From: Octopus sinensis
Taxonomy: Eukaryota
Assembly (NCBI RefSeq): GCF_006345805.1
Contig: NC_043007.1
Coordinates: forward strand, 55,800,001 to 55,864,000
Direction: 5' to 3'
Length of the DNA: 64,000 nt
Translations under genes and position numbers: made by a program
Notes under the pieces: model-generated
The model's input: the letters and a program-made list of their open reading frames with translations, nothing else
Databases searched by the model: none
Told to the model about the DNA's origin: nothing
Shown here: piece by piece, positions 12,598 through 24,450 of the stretch
Layout of the letters: every line of letters starts with the position of its first letter
Numbering within the stretch: the stretch's first letter is position 1

Positions 12598-14132
12598 ATT
12601 AGCATTATCTTTATTATTTCATGGTCAAAGACAAATCAAGAGTTTCCTTTCTTCAAAATATTAAGGTCAACATATTTATATAAAAATGTTTACAGTTCAT
12701 TCTTTTGCTATTTTCTGGAATGTGTCATTGTCTATCTTCAGAGGTAAAGTTATCAATATCTTGAAACTATTGGTTATGTATCATTCCAGTTGCTCTAATT
12801 ACAAGTGAAATGATGTACACATTCTTCAACTACTATAATGTTTTTACTCAAGCTTGTGATTGATATAATTTTTTTATCTGTTTTCTGTAAAACACTATAG
12901 TCATTTGAAATTGCTATATCAATAATTAGTGCTCTATTGTTATGGAAAAGATATTGTATTCTATTGTTATGGAAAAGATATTGTACTTATAATCTACTAG
13001 CAGTCAGTCTGCAAATTAGAGTTCCATACTAACTTCATATTGCCATGTGTTTCATATGTGTAGCACAAAATGTTTGTAGAAAGAGTTGAGGTTGGGGAGG
13101 GGGCATTTGTAGTGCAGCTTTGTGGAGCCAGTGTAAGGTGCCATGATATAATGAAACCTATTGATTAAGAAAGCACACAACACAAGTGACATTTCTAAAT
13201 TACACTGTAGCAATCGTATTTATTGCTTTCAGTATATCTTGTGGAGATAATCTCTTCTTGAATTATGATATTTGGTGCTATTGTTGCACTCAAGCTGGAT
13301 TTGTTACTCTTTTTATTGATATACAGAGCATATATTTTGTAGATGTTTGAACATGTAAAGGCATGCCTTTATGTTTGTTTGCTATGGTTATACACATGTA
13401 TCTTTGTTTATTTTGTTGCTGTCTTAGGTTTAGATCTTTCTTCTTTGGAACTCTATCTAGTTTCTTGTAAGAATTTTGATGCAGTGAAAATCATTTTGCT
13501 TGTATTTGTAAATCATAGACTACATGAAAATGTAGCAGGCCATCTTGTAAATTAGAAAGAAAGTGGACAACAATTATTACTGCCCCTTACAATGCTCCTT
13601 GACACTTAACAGTTCCCTAATTGTTGGGTGTCAGACTTACTGTAGTATGGCCATTGGAATCTAAGTATGGCAATGCAAATGTGCTAATGGTATAGGTAGT
13701 AGCCATGCTATTAAAATGAGTTTGTAAAATGTTTTTCACTGTCTAATTTTCATGTTTAATTTATGTTCACAGAAATTTCCAACAAACAATTTTGCTTTCA
13801 TCTCTGCACATCTATTTTTAGGAACTGGAATTGTCAAAATGTTTTTGTGTTCACAGAGCTGTAAATCTAGAAGGGAGGTGTGTGTGTATGTGAGTGTGTG
13901 CATGTATTTGTATGTGTGTTGTGTGTGAGAGAGAGAAGGAGAGAAAGAGTGAGTGAGAGAGATTGAAGGAGTGAGAGATAATAATTATACGTATATAATT
14001 ACAATAGCAACAAAGAAGAAAATGTTAAATTATAATGATGTGACAATATTGCTGCCCAAAATTTACTTGTAAATAAATTACATTTTCTACTCTTTCTATC
14101 CCCCTCTCTCTCCCTCCCTCTTCCTCTCTCTT

Positions 14133-14183
<51 letters not shown>

Positions 14184-14789
14184 CCCCTTTTATTTGATAA
14201 TCTAAATAAGGACTAGTAACCCCTATCCTTCCTTCCTTCTAGTTATCACCTCTTTCCCATCAGTCATTCTCTCTCTAGCAGCTCTGAGACATATCCTTTT
14301 ATGTAAATAAAGCTAGATATATGGTCCCATTAAAATAAGGGTCTAGGAGGTTGTCTGACATTAATTAATTTGTCACCATCAACTGGAACATAGCTGACAA
14401 CTCACAATGGATTTAATTCTAAATGGTTGAAGACTATATGCTGCATAAAATCTTATAAATAAATAAAAATAGATAACTGTCTCACCACTCCTATACCACT
14501 CCCCCATACATACACCAGCTATTATTTTCCTCTGCTACTCTCTAAAATATCTCTGAATTCATTCCGCTACAAATATGACATAAGGAAACAATGTAATTAT
14601 TATTTTTTGTTCTAGTACTAATATAAATTTGCTATAAATGCTAAAAATGGTTTATCCTTTATGTTTGGAAATCTATATGGTCATCTGCAACTGAGGAGAG
14701 AGGTTTCTTTCAAATTGATGTAATGTTTACATTGATTGATTAAATGGAGCTGCTTGAAGTGGCCGTAATGCATTGACACCTGGACATCC

Positions 14790-15048
14790 TTGTTACTTAT
14801 ATGTATGCATGTATTTATGTGTGTGTCTTTTTGTCTGTTTGTCACCCACCATCACTTGACTTGACAACCGATGTTGATGTGTTTATGTCCCCATAACTTA
14901 GAAGTTTGGCAAAAGAGACTGATATAGTAGGTATTAGGCTTATAAAAAAGAATAAGTTCTGGGATCGATTTCTTTGACTAAAACCCTTTAAGGCAGTGTT
15001 TCAGCATGGCCACAGTCAAATGACGGAAACAAGTGAAAGAATAAAAGA
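14790..15048 (+). mobile_element. SINE family A, 3' half
   Basis: gacaaccgatgttgatgtgtttatgtcccc...cagcatggccacagtcaaatgac. Confidence 0.8.
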
Positions 15049-15053
15049 ATGTG

Positions 15054-15100
<47 letters not shown>

Positions 15101-15281
15101 ACATCCACCTACCTATCCATTTATGTCATTGTTTAGTTTTATTTCAAGATTTCTTGCCAATAGACAAAGAGCCAGTTTTTAACCTAGATTCAAGGCTCCT
15201 TCATTGGAATTTCAATATCAACAACAGGGCATTTTTGTATGTATGTATATATGTATGTATATATGTATGTATGTATGTATG

Positions 15282-15315
<34 letters not shown>

Positions 15316-15653
15316 TGTATGTATGTATGTATGCATGAATGTATGTATGTATATGTGTCAATTTGTATGTTTTGCTTTATGTATGTATTCTCATGAATAT
15401 AATTGCATATCTGGACATGCTCATATATATTTAAATGATAAACTTCTGGGAAGTTTTACAGGTTTTTACAGTTCCAGTAATGGATTGGATCTGTAGTCTT
15501 CGAATTAGCTTTCTCCTTTATGGTTTACTTTCACCTCTGCACATCTATTTTTAAGGAACTGGAATTGTCAAAATGTTTTTGTGTTCACAGAGATTTAAAT
15601 CTAGAAGGGAGGTGTGTGTGTATGTGAGAGCGTGCATGTGTTTGTATGTGTGT

Positions 15654-15690
<37 letters not shown>

Positions 15691-15699
15691 TAGAGGTTC

Positions 15700-16010
15700 A
15701 TTCTTTCATCTGATGATACATTGCGGTAGAGTTGTGCAACTTATTTGGGAATGTATTCTAGCTTATCAGACAAAAATGTTGTTCAGGGAGGTGCCTTCCA
15801 AGCCTTACCATGTTATCAGCCTCCTGTATGCAAACTTGGCCAAGGGATGGACTTCGACACTTGGTGTTTAAAAGATGTTTCCGAAGAGATATTATACAAC
15901 ATTCAAAGGCATTTTGGATTGATGTTAAGCCTCTGCCACCTTGTTTACATTTTAGGCAGAGGCAGTCTACATCACTACTTATGTGGAAATTATGAGTGCT
16001 TCTATTCATG
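15700..16010 (-). mobile_element. Internal fragment of a REL-type LINE (post-RT region)
   Basis: FHISSDVDCLCLKCKQGGRGLTSIQ parallels HHPKADIERLYLPRKEGG in the first LINE. Confidence 0.7.
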
Positions 16011-16089
16011 TATGTATGTATGTATGTATGTATGTATGTATGTATGTATGTATGTATGTATGTATGTATGTATGTATGTATGTATCAAT

Positions 16090-16170
<81 letters not shown>

Positions 16171-16329
16171 AGTCAATTGATCTATTTATATGTCTGTCTA
16201 TCCATCTACAGACCTATCTACTTCTATATCTACTTTTTATATCCACAAACATTTAAATCTTTCATATCTGTGATCTTTTAAATAACTTTTTATATCCATC
16301 AATTATAACAGAAAATTAAGCTCTACTAC

Positions 16330-16370
<41 letters not shown>

Positions 16371-16374
16371 TACA

Positions 16375-16640
16375 TATCATCATCATCATCATCATCATCA
16401 CCATTTAACGTCCACCTTCCATGCTTGCATGGGTTGGATGGTTTGACAGGAGCTAGCCGGGCAGTTGCTTGTGCCAGATTTCTGAGTCTGTTTTGACACA
16501 GTTTTTACAACTGGATACCTTTCCTAACACCAGCCACCCAGCAGAGTGGACAGAGTATTTTTACATGGCACAAACACAGGCAAGGTCAGTTTTGGCATAG
16601 TTTATACAGCTGAATGCTCTTCCAAATGCCAACCACTTCT
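16375..16640 (-). mobile_element. LINE/SINE 3' tail (probably RTE-type) with (GAT)n end and an internal tandem duplication
   Basis: Minus strand ends ccatgcaagcatggaaggtggacgttaaat(gat)n. The RTE assignment is from recollection. Confidence 0.6.
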
Positions 16641-16659
16641 TTTTTAATCTAAAAGTTCT

Positions 16660-17812
16660 TTTTTAATCTAAAATATACTTTCCTTCATTTTCTACAATGC
16701 TTTTCCCACTATCGGGTTGACTTACAAGAACCACACTCTTCAAAAATTCACTTGTCTGTGATGAAAAATACTCCTCTACTACTATTTTCACCTTGTCTAC
16801 AGAATTCATATTTTTTCCATCCAATGATTTTGAAGACTGCAGAATAAATGATAATCAGGTGGGGTAATGTCTGGCGAATATGGTGGGTGAGGTATCATTT
16901 CCCATTCAAACTGCTCCAGCCTTTGGAATGTCATCCTCTCTGTATGTGACCGAGCATTATCCTGATGGAAGTACACTTTTTGTCTTGAAACTAAAGATGA
17001 TAGTTCATCTTCTAGCACTGACTTAAGCTGCTCAAGCTGCTCAGAGTAGATCTCCTTTGTTATTGTTTGGTTTGTGTTTAAAAGTTCAAAGTGGACTAAA
17101 CCTTTCATATTCCATATGCCACCAAACAGATAACAGCACCTTATGTGGGAGAGGACATTCTTAAGCTTGGGGTGCCAGTGTTTCTCCTTTCCCTACCCAC
17201 TGTCTTCAGCACTTGACATTTTTATAGAGAACCCATTTCTCCTCACCAGTCACTATTTGGTAAAAAAGGTCCATTCATGTGACATGACAACACAGAAGAG
17301 TACACATTCACTCTCTGTGCGTAATTAGACTCGGAAAATTTGTGAGGAACCCATTGACCCAATTTGCTAACTTTTCCAATGGTACGCAGGTGTTGATGAA
17401 TGGTTGAATAACCAAATCCAAGCTTATCTGCTAGTTTCTCAACAGTTATGATGGGATTTTGTTCTACCAGGGTTTGCAGGATGTTCACATCGAATTCTAC
17501 AGATCTTCCAGGACAAGGCTCATCTTCTAGGTTGTAGTTTCTGGCTCAGAATTTCTGGAACCACCGTTGACAGTACATGAATATTCCTCACAGATTCCAT
17601 TGTGTTGTTGCTGAATATGCTTCTTTGTCACTTCCATAGCTTTAAAAAAACAACTGTGAAAATTGAACTGCCCTCTTCAAAACTTGCAGTAAGTATAAAG
17701 ACATGGTAAAATTACTACCTGCTCTTATAGCAAGTTCATGTGGGTAGTTTATCCTGTTCCCTTCCAACTTTTAGTTCATGCAATTGAAAAAAGCACAATA
17801 TTTATGGGTTGA

Positions 17813-17816
<4 letters not shown>
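16660..17816 (-). mobile_element. Fossil mariner (DD34D-type) transposase element
   Basis: GQWVPHK, FHQDNARSHT, HPPYSPDITPPDYHLF and C-terminal IVENEGKYI; frameshifted; one TIR-like end near 17793-17816 abutting (TA)n. Confidence 0.9.
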
Positions 17817-17855
<39 letters not shown>

Positions 17856-17860
17856 TACAT

Positions 17861-17909
<49 letters not shown>

Positions 17910-17939
17910 CATCACACACACACACACATATATATATAT

Positions 17940-18023
<84 letters not shown>

Positions 18024-18869
18024 GTGTACGAAAGCATGCAAGCTAGTGGTTAGAGCATTTGGCTTGTGATGATAAGATTATGAGTTTTATTTCTAAATGT
18101 GTACATATTGTACAGAAAATGAAATGTATATCTCCATGAATTTTATCCACAGTTCTCACAGTCAACATTTATTTAGCTGCAAGAAAAGACCAGCTCACCA
18201 TGTTTGGTACAGGAAAATATATAATATGCATGACAATAAATGAAAGAAAAAGACAAAGAATAGAATATATAAAGCGACAAGCAAAAGAGAAAGGAAAGGA
18301 AAATGAAAGTATTCACTATCTATTTCTAATACACATCCATATATAAAAATGCATCACCCATATTCTGAGCGACCTATGGGAGCACATGGAAAAATGGATG
18401 ATGAGGAGGATTAGTTATATATCTATAGCTATATACATGCATGTATGTATGTATGTATGTATGTATGTATGTATGTATGTATGTATGTATATGTATGTAT
18501 GTATATATATATATGTATATATATGTATATATATATATATATATATACATACATATATATATATATACATATATATATACATATATATATATTTATATAT
18601 ATATATATAAATATATATATATAGAGAGAGAGAGGGGGGAGATGATGATGCAAATAAACAAATAAAACTACTTGGGCTAGATATTCAAAATATACATACA
18701 TGCATGCATGCATTCATACATACATACATACATACATACATACATACATACATACATACATACATACATACATTCATACATACATACATACATACATACA
18801 TACATACATACATACATACATGTAAATAGAGATAAAACAAAGCTCTCTGAATCTCATCTGTTGACTCTT

Positions 18870-18900
<31 letters not shown>

Positions 18901-20554
18901 TTAATGGTAGATAAAACATTTAGTGTTTTTAAACCCAATATTTATTAACTATCATTGACTATATCTGCTCTGAGTTTCACTGTTAAATACAAATTATTTC
19001 ATACATCTCCAAGTTTCTAAATTCTTATGATGTCCACTACAAACACACACACACACAAACTCACACGCATGTGTGTGGTGTTTGCATATAAAATCTATAT
19101 TGTTTGCATATACAATATATGTATGTATACACACATATATAGACACACACACGTATGTGTGTATGCCTCGTTTGCATATAAAATATATGTATGTACACAT
19201 ACACACACAAACACACATGCTTATATGGTATGTGTACAGCTTTGTGTATGTGTCCGAACAATATGTAAAGTGGTCTCCTTTAATATTCTAAATCCAAACT
19301 TGAAGTTTGTGATAAGTATTTCTGTGAATTTTATCCATAATTCTTATAGTCAATGCTTATTTAGCCATAGTAAAGGAACAAAGTACTGTGTTCAGTACAG
19401 GAAAAATACAATATGTATGAAAATACATGAAAGGAAAAGATGAAAAATAAAAACCAAAAAAATATGAAACAACAACTAACTAAAAGAAAAAAAAATGAAG
19501 CATTAACTATCTATTTCTTTCAATATTTTATTCATGTCAGCATAAAGCATTTCAAAGTGAATATAGTCACAAAGTTATAATGTTTCTTTATAATATCTGG
19601 TTGTGTAATTTTTATGTTTGTTGTTTTTATGCGTTTATGTTCATGTTCCATGTGCATATGTGTGTGTGTGAGTGTGTGTGTGTGTGTGAGTGTGTGTGTG
19701 TGTGTGTGTGTGTTGAATATAATATAAAATGTTTGGTGCTGTATATGCCAAGGTTTACAGTGTGTTTTATCACATTTCTATGCAGATTAATTGAATAGTC
19801 CGAGTGATGGTTCAAACAGAATATTCACTGACTATTCTCTGATATTTTATGTCTTCGGCACTTAAAAGGAATAGGTCTATTATACTAGTTAACTTATTTC
19901 AATGCCAGAATATAAGGTTTGCTGATGACATTTTGTCATAAAGGGAAGGAAATGATTGATTTTTTCCAAAAATCTTATTTTCTTCATGATTCAGTTATTT
20001 CGTTACTGTCCATACTCAAATATTGTATGTATTCATTGAAAACCAACGTTCGTTCTCCTGTAAGATTACATAACATACTTACATGTAAACAACATATGTA
20101 GAAAGATCATTGCTCTGTTAATATCAAACAGTTACAGTATTCTCTTGGGGAACAATGCACAAGAAATTTGAATTCCTTAATAATATAGGTTAATGAGACA
20201 TTGTTATTTTAGCAATGAACTGTGTCCTATCTTATAGCTATATCAAGTGAGTAATCTCATGATTGACTGGTCAGAAACTAAACAGCACCTCCCTTATGTT
20301 TCCTGGTTGAGGAGGATATGTGGCCTCCTATTAAAAATAAAGCCTGTCTAAGTGAAGAACTTCTCATGGAGAAAGAAATGAATGACTTAATAGTTCAGTA
20401 AAAGAGACTAATAGAATAAGTGCTAGGCTTACAAAGAATAAGTCTTGGGGTTGATTCATTAAATTGAGGTATATTCACCTGTAATGGATATTATTAATAA
20501 AATAATGCACAAAAATATGTAAGCAATTGTTTGTTTGAATAGGAATGATAAATC

Positions 20555-20602
<48 letters not shown>

Positions 20603-20701
20603 ATATATATATATATAGACATATAGATATATATAAAAACAGATATATAGATAAACAGATCGGTAGATAGAAAGATATACATACGATATATATTTACATG
20701 C

Positions 20702-20773
<72 letters not shown>

Positions 20774-21364
20774 AAATGGAGTTAACGCAGGTTTAAACAA
20801 GTATTTTTACTTTCTACATATGTTTCAAAAATTCCACTGATACTTATTCAAAAGAATAAAAGGTATAAACAATGCAATCTTCTCTTCGGGAAAGTGAAAA
20901 AACGAAACTTGTCAATACGACATTTTAGCAAAATATGATGGATTCGTATAGCGATAGACAGAACACTATTAATATTGTTTAAAAAAACGTTATATGATAT
21001 AACGTCATAAGTAGCTAACAGAAAGAGTAGGGATATTAATAGTGAATGTTAAATATAAAGGAAATTAAAGTCTAAACTATATATAATGATAGAGACTACT
21101 TATATGCACTAAAAGTATGTTTCTGCCAATGCTTACATCTGTATGCTCGTTCTATAACCGTGTTTACTAGAGTATTTTTAGAAAAAATAATGAAAAATAG
21201 CTCAGAATTGCAGAGAAGACAGAATTTCTTTATAAACAAGGAGTTACAACATCTTTACTTGTGAGATTTTTGCTGCCCTGGTAACTATTCATTCGTTTAT
21301 CCGTGTTAATTGTTAACAAGGTAAAATACACTCATCTATATATATATATATATATATATATAAT

Positions 21365-21736
21365 GGCACTGGAGTAGCTGTGTGGTAAGCTTGCTTACCC
21401 ACTACATTGTTTTGGGTTCTGTCCTACTGTGAGGAAACTTGGGCAAGGGCCTTCTACTATAGCCTTGGGCCGACCAAAGCCTTGTGAGTGGATTTGGTAG
21501 ACAGAAACTGAAAGAAGCCTGTTGTATATATATATATATATATGAGTGTTTGTCACTCCCACCATAGCTTGACAATCGATGTTGGTGTGTTTACATCCCT
21601 GTAACTTAGCAGTTCAGCAATAGGAACCAATAGCATAAGTACTAGGCTTACAAAGAATAAGTCCTGGGGTCGATTTGTTTGACTAAAGGCGGTGCTCCAG
21701 CATGGCTGCAGTCAAATGACTGAAACAAATAAAAGA
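21365..21736 (+). mobile_element. SINE family A
   Basis: Full head, body and tail; partially CpG-decayed. Confidence 0.85.
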
Positions 21737-21764
21737 ATATATACATATACATATACATATATAT

Positions 21765-21796
<32 letters not shown>

Positions 21797-21804
21797 TTAT
21801 ATAT

Positions 21805-21868
<64 letters not shown>

Positions 21869-22056
21869 TACACACACACATATACTCATATATATATTAT
21901 ATATATATATATCATCATCATCATCATCATCGTTTAACACATGTTTCCATGCTGGCATGGGTTATCCCATCCATGCTAGCATAGAAGGCGAATGTTAAAT
22001 GATGATGATGATGATACATATATACACACCACATACATATATACATATACATATAC

Positions 22057-22123
<67 letters not shown>

Positions 22124-22126
<3 letters not shown>

Positions 22127-22647
22127 GTTATCACGAAGCTAACATTGTAGTCCAGAAAAATAGAATGAATGCTGCCGTTGATTAGCTCGAAGCGGCCATT
22201 GCCTCTAGCTAGCTATGTGTCACATGAACCTGTATCCATTATAGCCTTCAAACAGGGGAGGTCAGCAGCTTCCCCTTGCTAGTTTGACATTTACAGACTA
22301 GTTTCAGGGTAGTTGCTCCTTATGAACGTAGAGTAGCCAACCTTTGCAGGCGTCACTGCTGACTGTCTGTTTGAAGGCTTATTTACCTAAATTCCTTTAA
22401 ACAGATGGTCAGTAGTGACGTCTGCTGAGTTCAGCTACACTACATTGATAAGGGGCAACTACCCTGAAACTAGTCTGGAGATGTCAAACCAGCAAGGGGA
22501 AACTGCTGACCTCTCCTGTTCGAATGTTATAATGGACACAGGTCCATGTGTCACATAGCTCGCTCGAGGCAATGGCCACTTGGAGCTTATCAATGGTAGC
22601 ATTTGTCCTGTTTTCCTGGACTGCCATGTAAGCTTGGCGATAACTAT
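22124..22647. mobile_element. Foldback MITE-like element
   Basis: Two 254-bp imperfect inverted arms around a 16-bp spacer (22378-22393); TA on both sides. Confidence 0.75.
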
Positions 22648-22711
22648 TAATATCCAGTACCACTGCCATAGTCTACTTTAGAGAGATTTAGAAATATTAA
22701 TATATATATAT

Positions 22712-22980
22712 ATACTGTGAAAATAATAAGGGTAGAAAAGTTAGAAAAACTTTCATACCAGTGGCTAGCATACATAATAAAGTCTATAGACAACATATTT
22801 TCATATATAATATTGTACAAACAATTTACGTATTTATACACGAAAGAGGTGACCTCTAACAGGACACCTTACATGCTAGAAAGGGCAGTTAAAGCCCAAA
22901 CCATGAATAAGATCAATTTCAAAGGGAATGAAAGTAAAAAATATTTTTATAGTTATCTTCAGACTTGAGTTTCTGTATCA
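22712..22980. repeat. Dispersed repeat, homologous to 61330-61590
   Basis: Shared atactgtgaaaataata...aacaggacaccttacatgctaga...aaagcccaaacca. Confidence 0.8.
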
Positions 22981-23271
22981 ATGTGCAAAATAAATTAATT
23001 TGTCATCCGTACTTCTTCCCTGAAGGTGCTAAAATTAATGTATGCAGCAAATAGCCCTGAAAATACACATATACATTATAATTTTCAAATCCACCTTGCA
23101 AGCGCAGTTATATTTATTTACACGTACACACACACACACACACACACATGTGTATATATATATATATATAATTTCAACAATTGAGGGCAAAATTAATTAA
23201 TTATTAATCAATTTCACCAAGTGTTCAGTATGCAAAGGGACCATTCAAGGCGAATTCAAATTATTACATTA

Positions 23272-23973
23272 TATAAAAGGGCTTAGTAAAATAAATTACT
23301 TTGCCGCATACTGAACTCATTAGAAATAGCAGCTAAAAAACTTTTTTAAAGCTATTTCTAATACTTAAAGAAAATCTCTCTCATATATAGTGTTTGCTTA
23401 ATTCAACTCACAAAAGTTTGGGGTAAGGACATCGAAAAATCAGATGCTAAGGTTATTTGAGAACGTACGTTTCAAGATTAGTCAAAACAACATTTCTATC
23501 ATCAGCTCAGAAATTCCTTGGTTTGGATTTGGAAACACTGAAAATAAGAACATACCCTTTCGAAGATCTGCTCGTAACTAACAGTGCCAACAAATTCAAA
23601 TAAGCAAGCGAAGAATCTCTGTTCAGAGATTCTTCGCTTGCTTATTTGAATTTGTTGGCACTGTTAGTTACGAGCAGATCTTCGAAAGGGTATGTTCTTA
23701 TTTTCAGTGTTTCCAAATCCAAACCAAGGAATTTCTGAGCTGATGATAGAAATGTTGTTTTGACTAATCTTGAAACGTACGTTCTCAAATAACCTTAGCA
23801 TCTGATTTTTCGATGTCCTTACCCCCAACTTTTGTGAGTTGAATTAAGCAAACACTATATATGAGAGAGATTTTCTTTAAGTATTAGAAATAGCTTTAAA
23901 AAAGTTTTTTAGCTGCTATTTCTAATGAGTTCAGTATGCGGCAAAGTAATTTATTTTACTAAGCCCTTTTATA
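23272..23973. repeat. Near-perfect palindrome, 350-bp arms with a 2-bp spacer
   Basis: Centre gaatctctg-tt-cagagattc at 23622/23623; only one mismatch seen (aaagtttgggg versus cccccaacttt). Confidence 0.95.
23736..23787 (+). ncRNA. Candidate minimal type I hammerhead ribozyme (mirror copy at 23458-23509 on the - strand)
   Basis: TGAG-CTGATGA...GAAAC-GTAC-GTT-CTCA: intact core boxes, 4-bp stem I, palindromic stem III; stem II is weak. Confidence 0.45.
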
Positions 23974-23992
23974 ATATATATATATATATATA

Positions 23993-24037
<45 letters not shown>

Positions 24038-24039
<2 letters not shown>

Positions 24040-24450
24040 CGCAGGAGTGGCTGTTTGGTAAGTAGCTTGCTAACCAACCACATGGTTCCGGGTTCAGTCC
24101 CACTGTGTGGCATCTTGGGCAAGTGTCTTCTGCTATAGCCCCGGGCCGACCAATGCCTTGTGAGTGGATTTGGTAGACGGAAACTGAAAGAAGCCTGTCG
24201 TATATATGTATATATATATATGTGTGTGTGTGTGTGTGGTTTTGTGCGTCTGTTTGTCCCCCTAGCATTGCTTGACAACCGATGCTGGTGTGTTTATGTC
24301 CCCGTCACTTAGCGGTTCGGCAAAAGAGACTGATAGAATAAATACTGGGCTTACAAAGAATAAGTCCTGGGGTCGATTTGCTCAACTAAAGGCGGTGCTC
24401 CAGCATGGCCGCAGTCAAATGACTGAAACAAGTAAAAGAGTAAAAGAGTA
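24038..24450 (+). mobile_element. SINE family A, young full-length copy
   Basis: tRNA-like head ggcgcaggagtggct...gggttcagtccc, internal (TA)n(TG)n, tail (AGTAAAAG)n; nearly identical to the 61733 copy. Confidence 0.92.

Noticed and set aside
8578-12600. CRISPR-like repeat-spacer array
   Set aside because: The repeats are microsatellites and the spacers are retroposon copies in a eukaryotic genome; no cas genes.
13080-13140. Peptide VEVGEGAFVVQLCGAS resembling a kinase Gly-loop or a TMEM196 N-terminus
   Set aside because: Weak donor, no further motifs; likely chance.
22955-23015. Minus-strand cggatga ... GAAACTCAAGTC motif
   Set aside because: Core box mutated, stem I not adjacent, and the homolog at about 61570 does not keep the spacing.
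24038-24130. tRNA genes
   Set aside because: All tRNA-like sequences are SINE heads without a complete cloverleaf.
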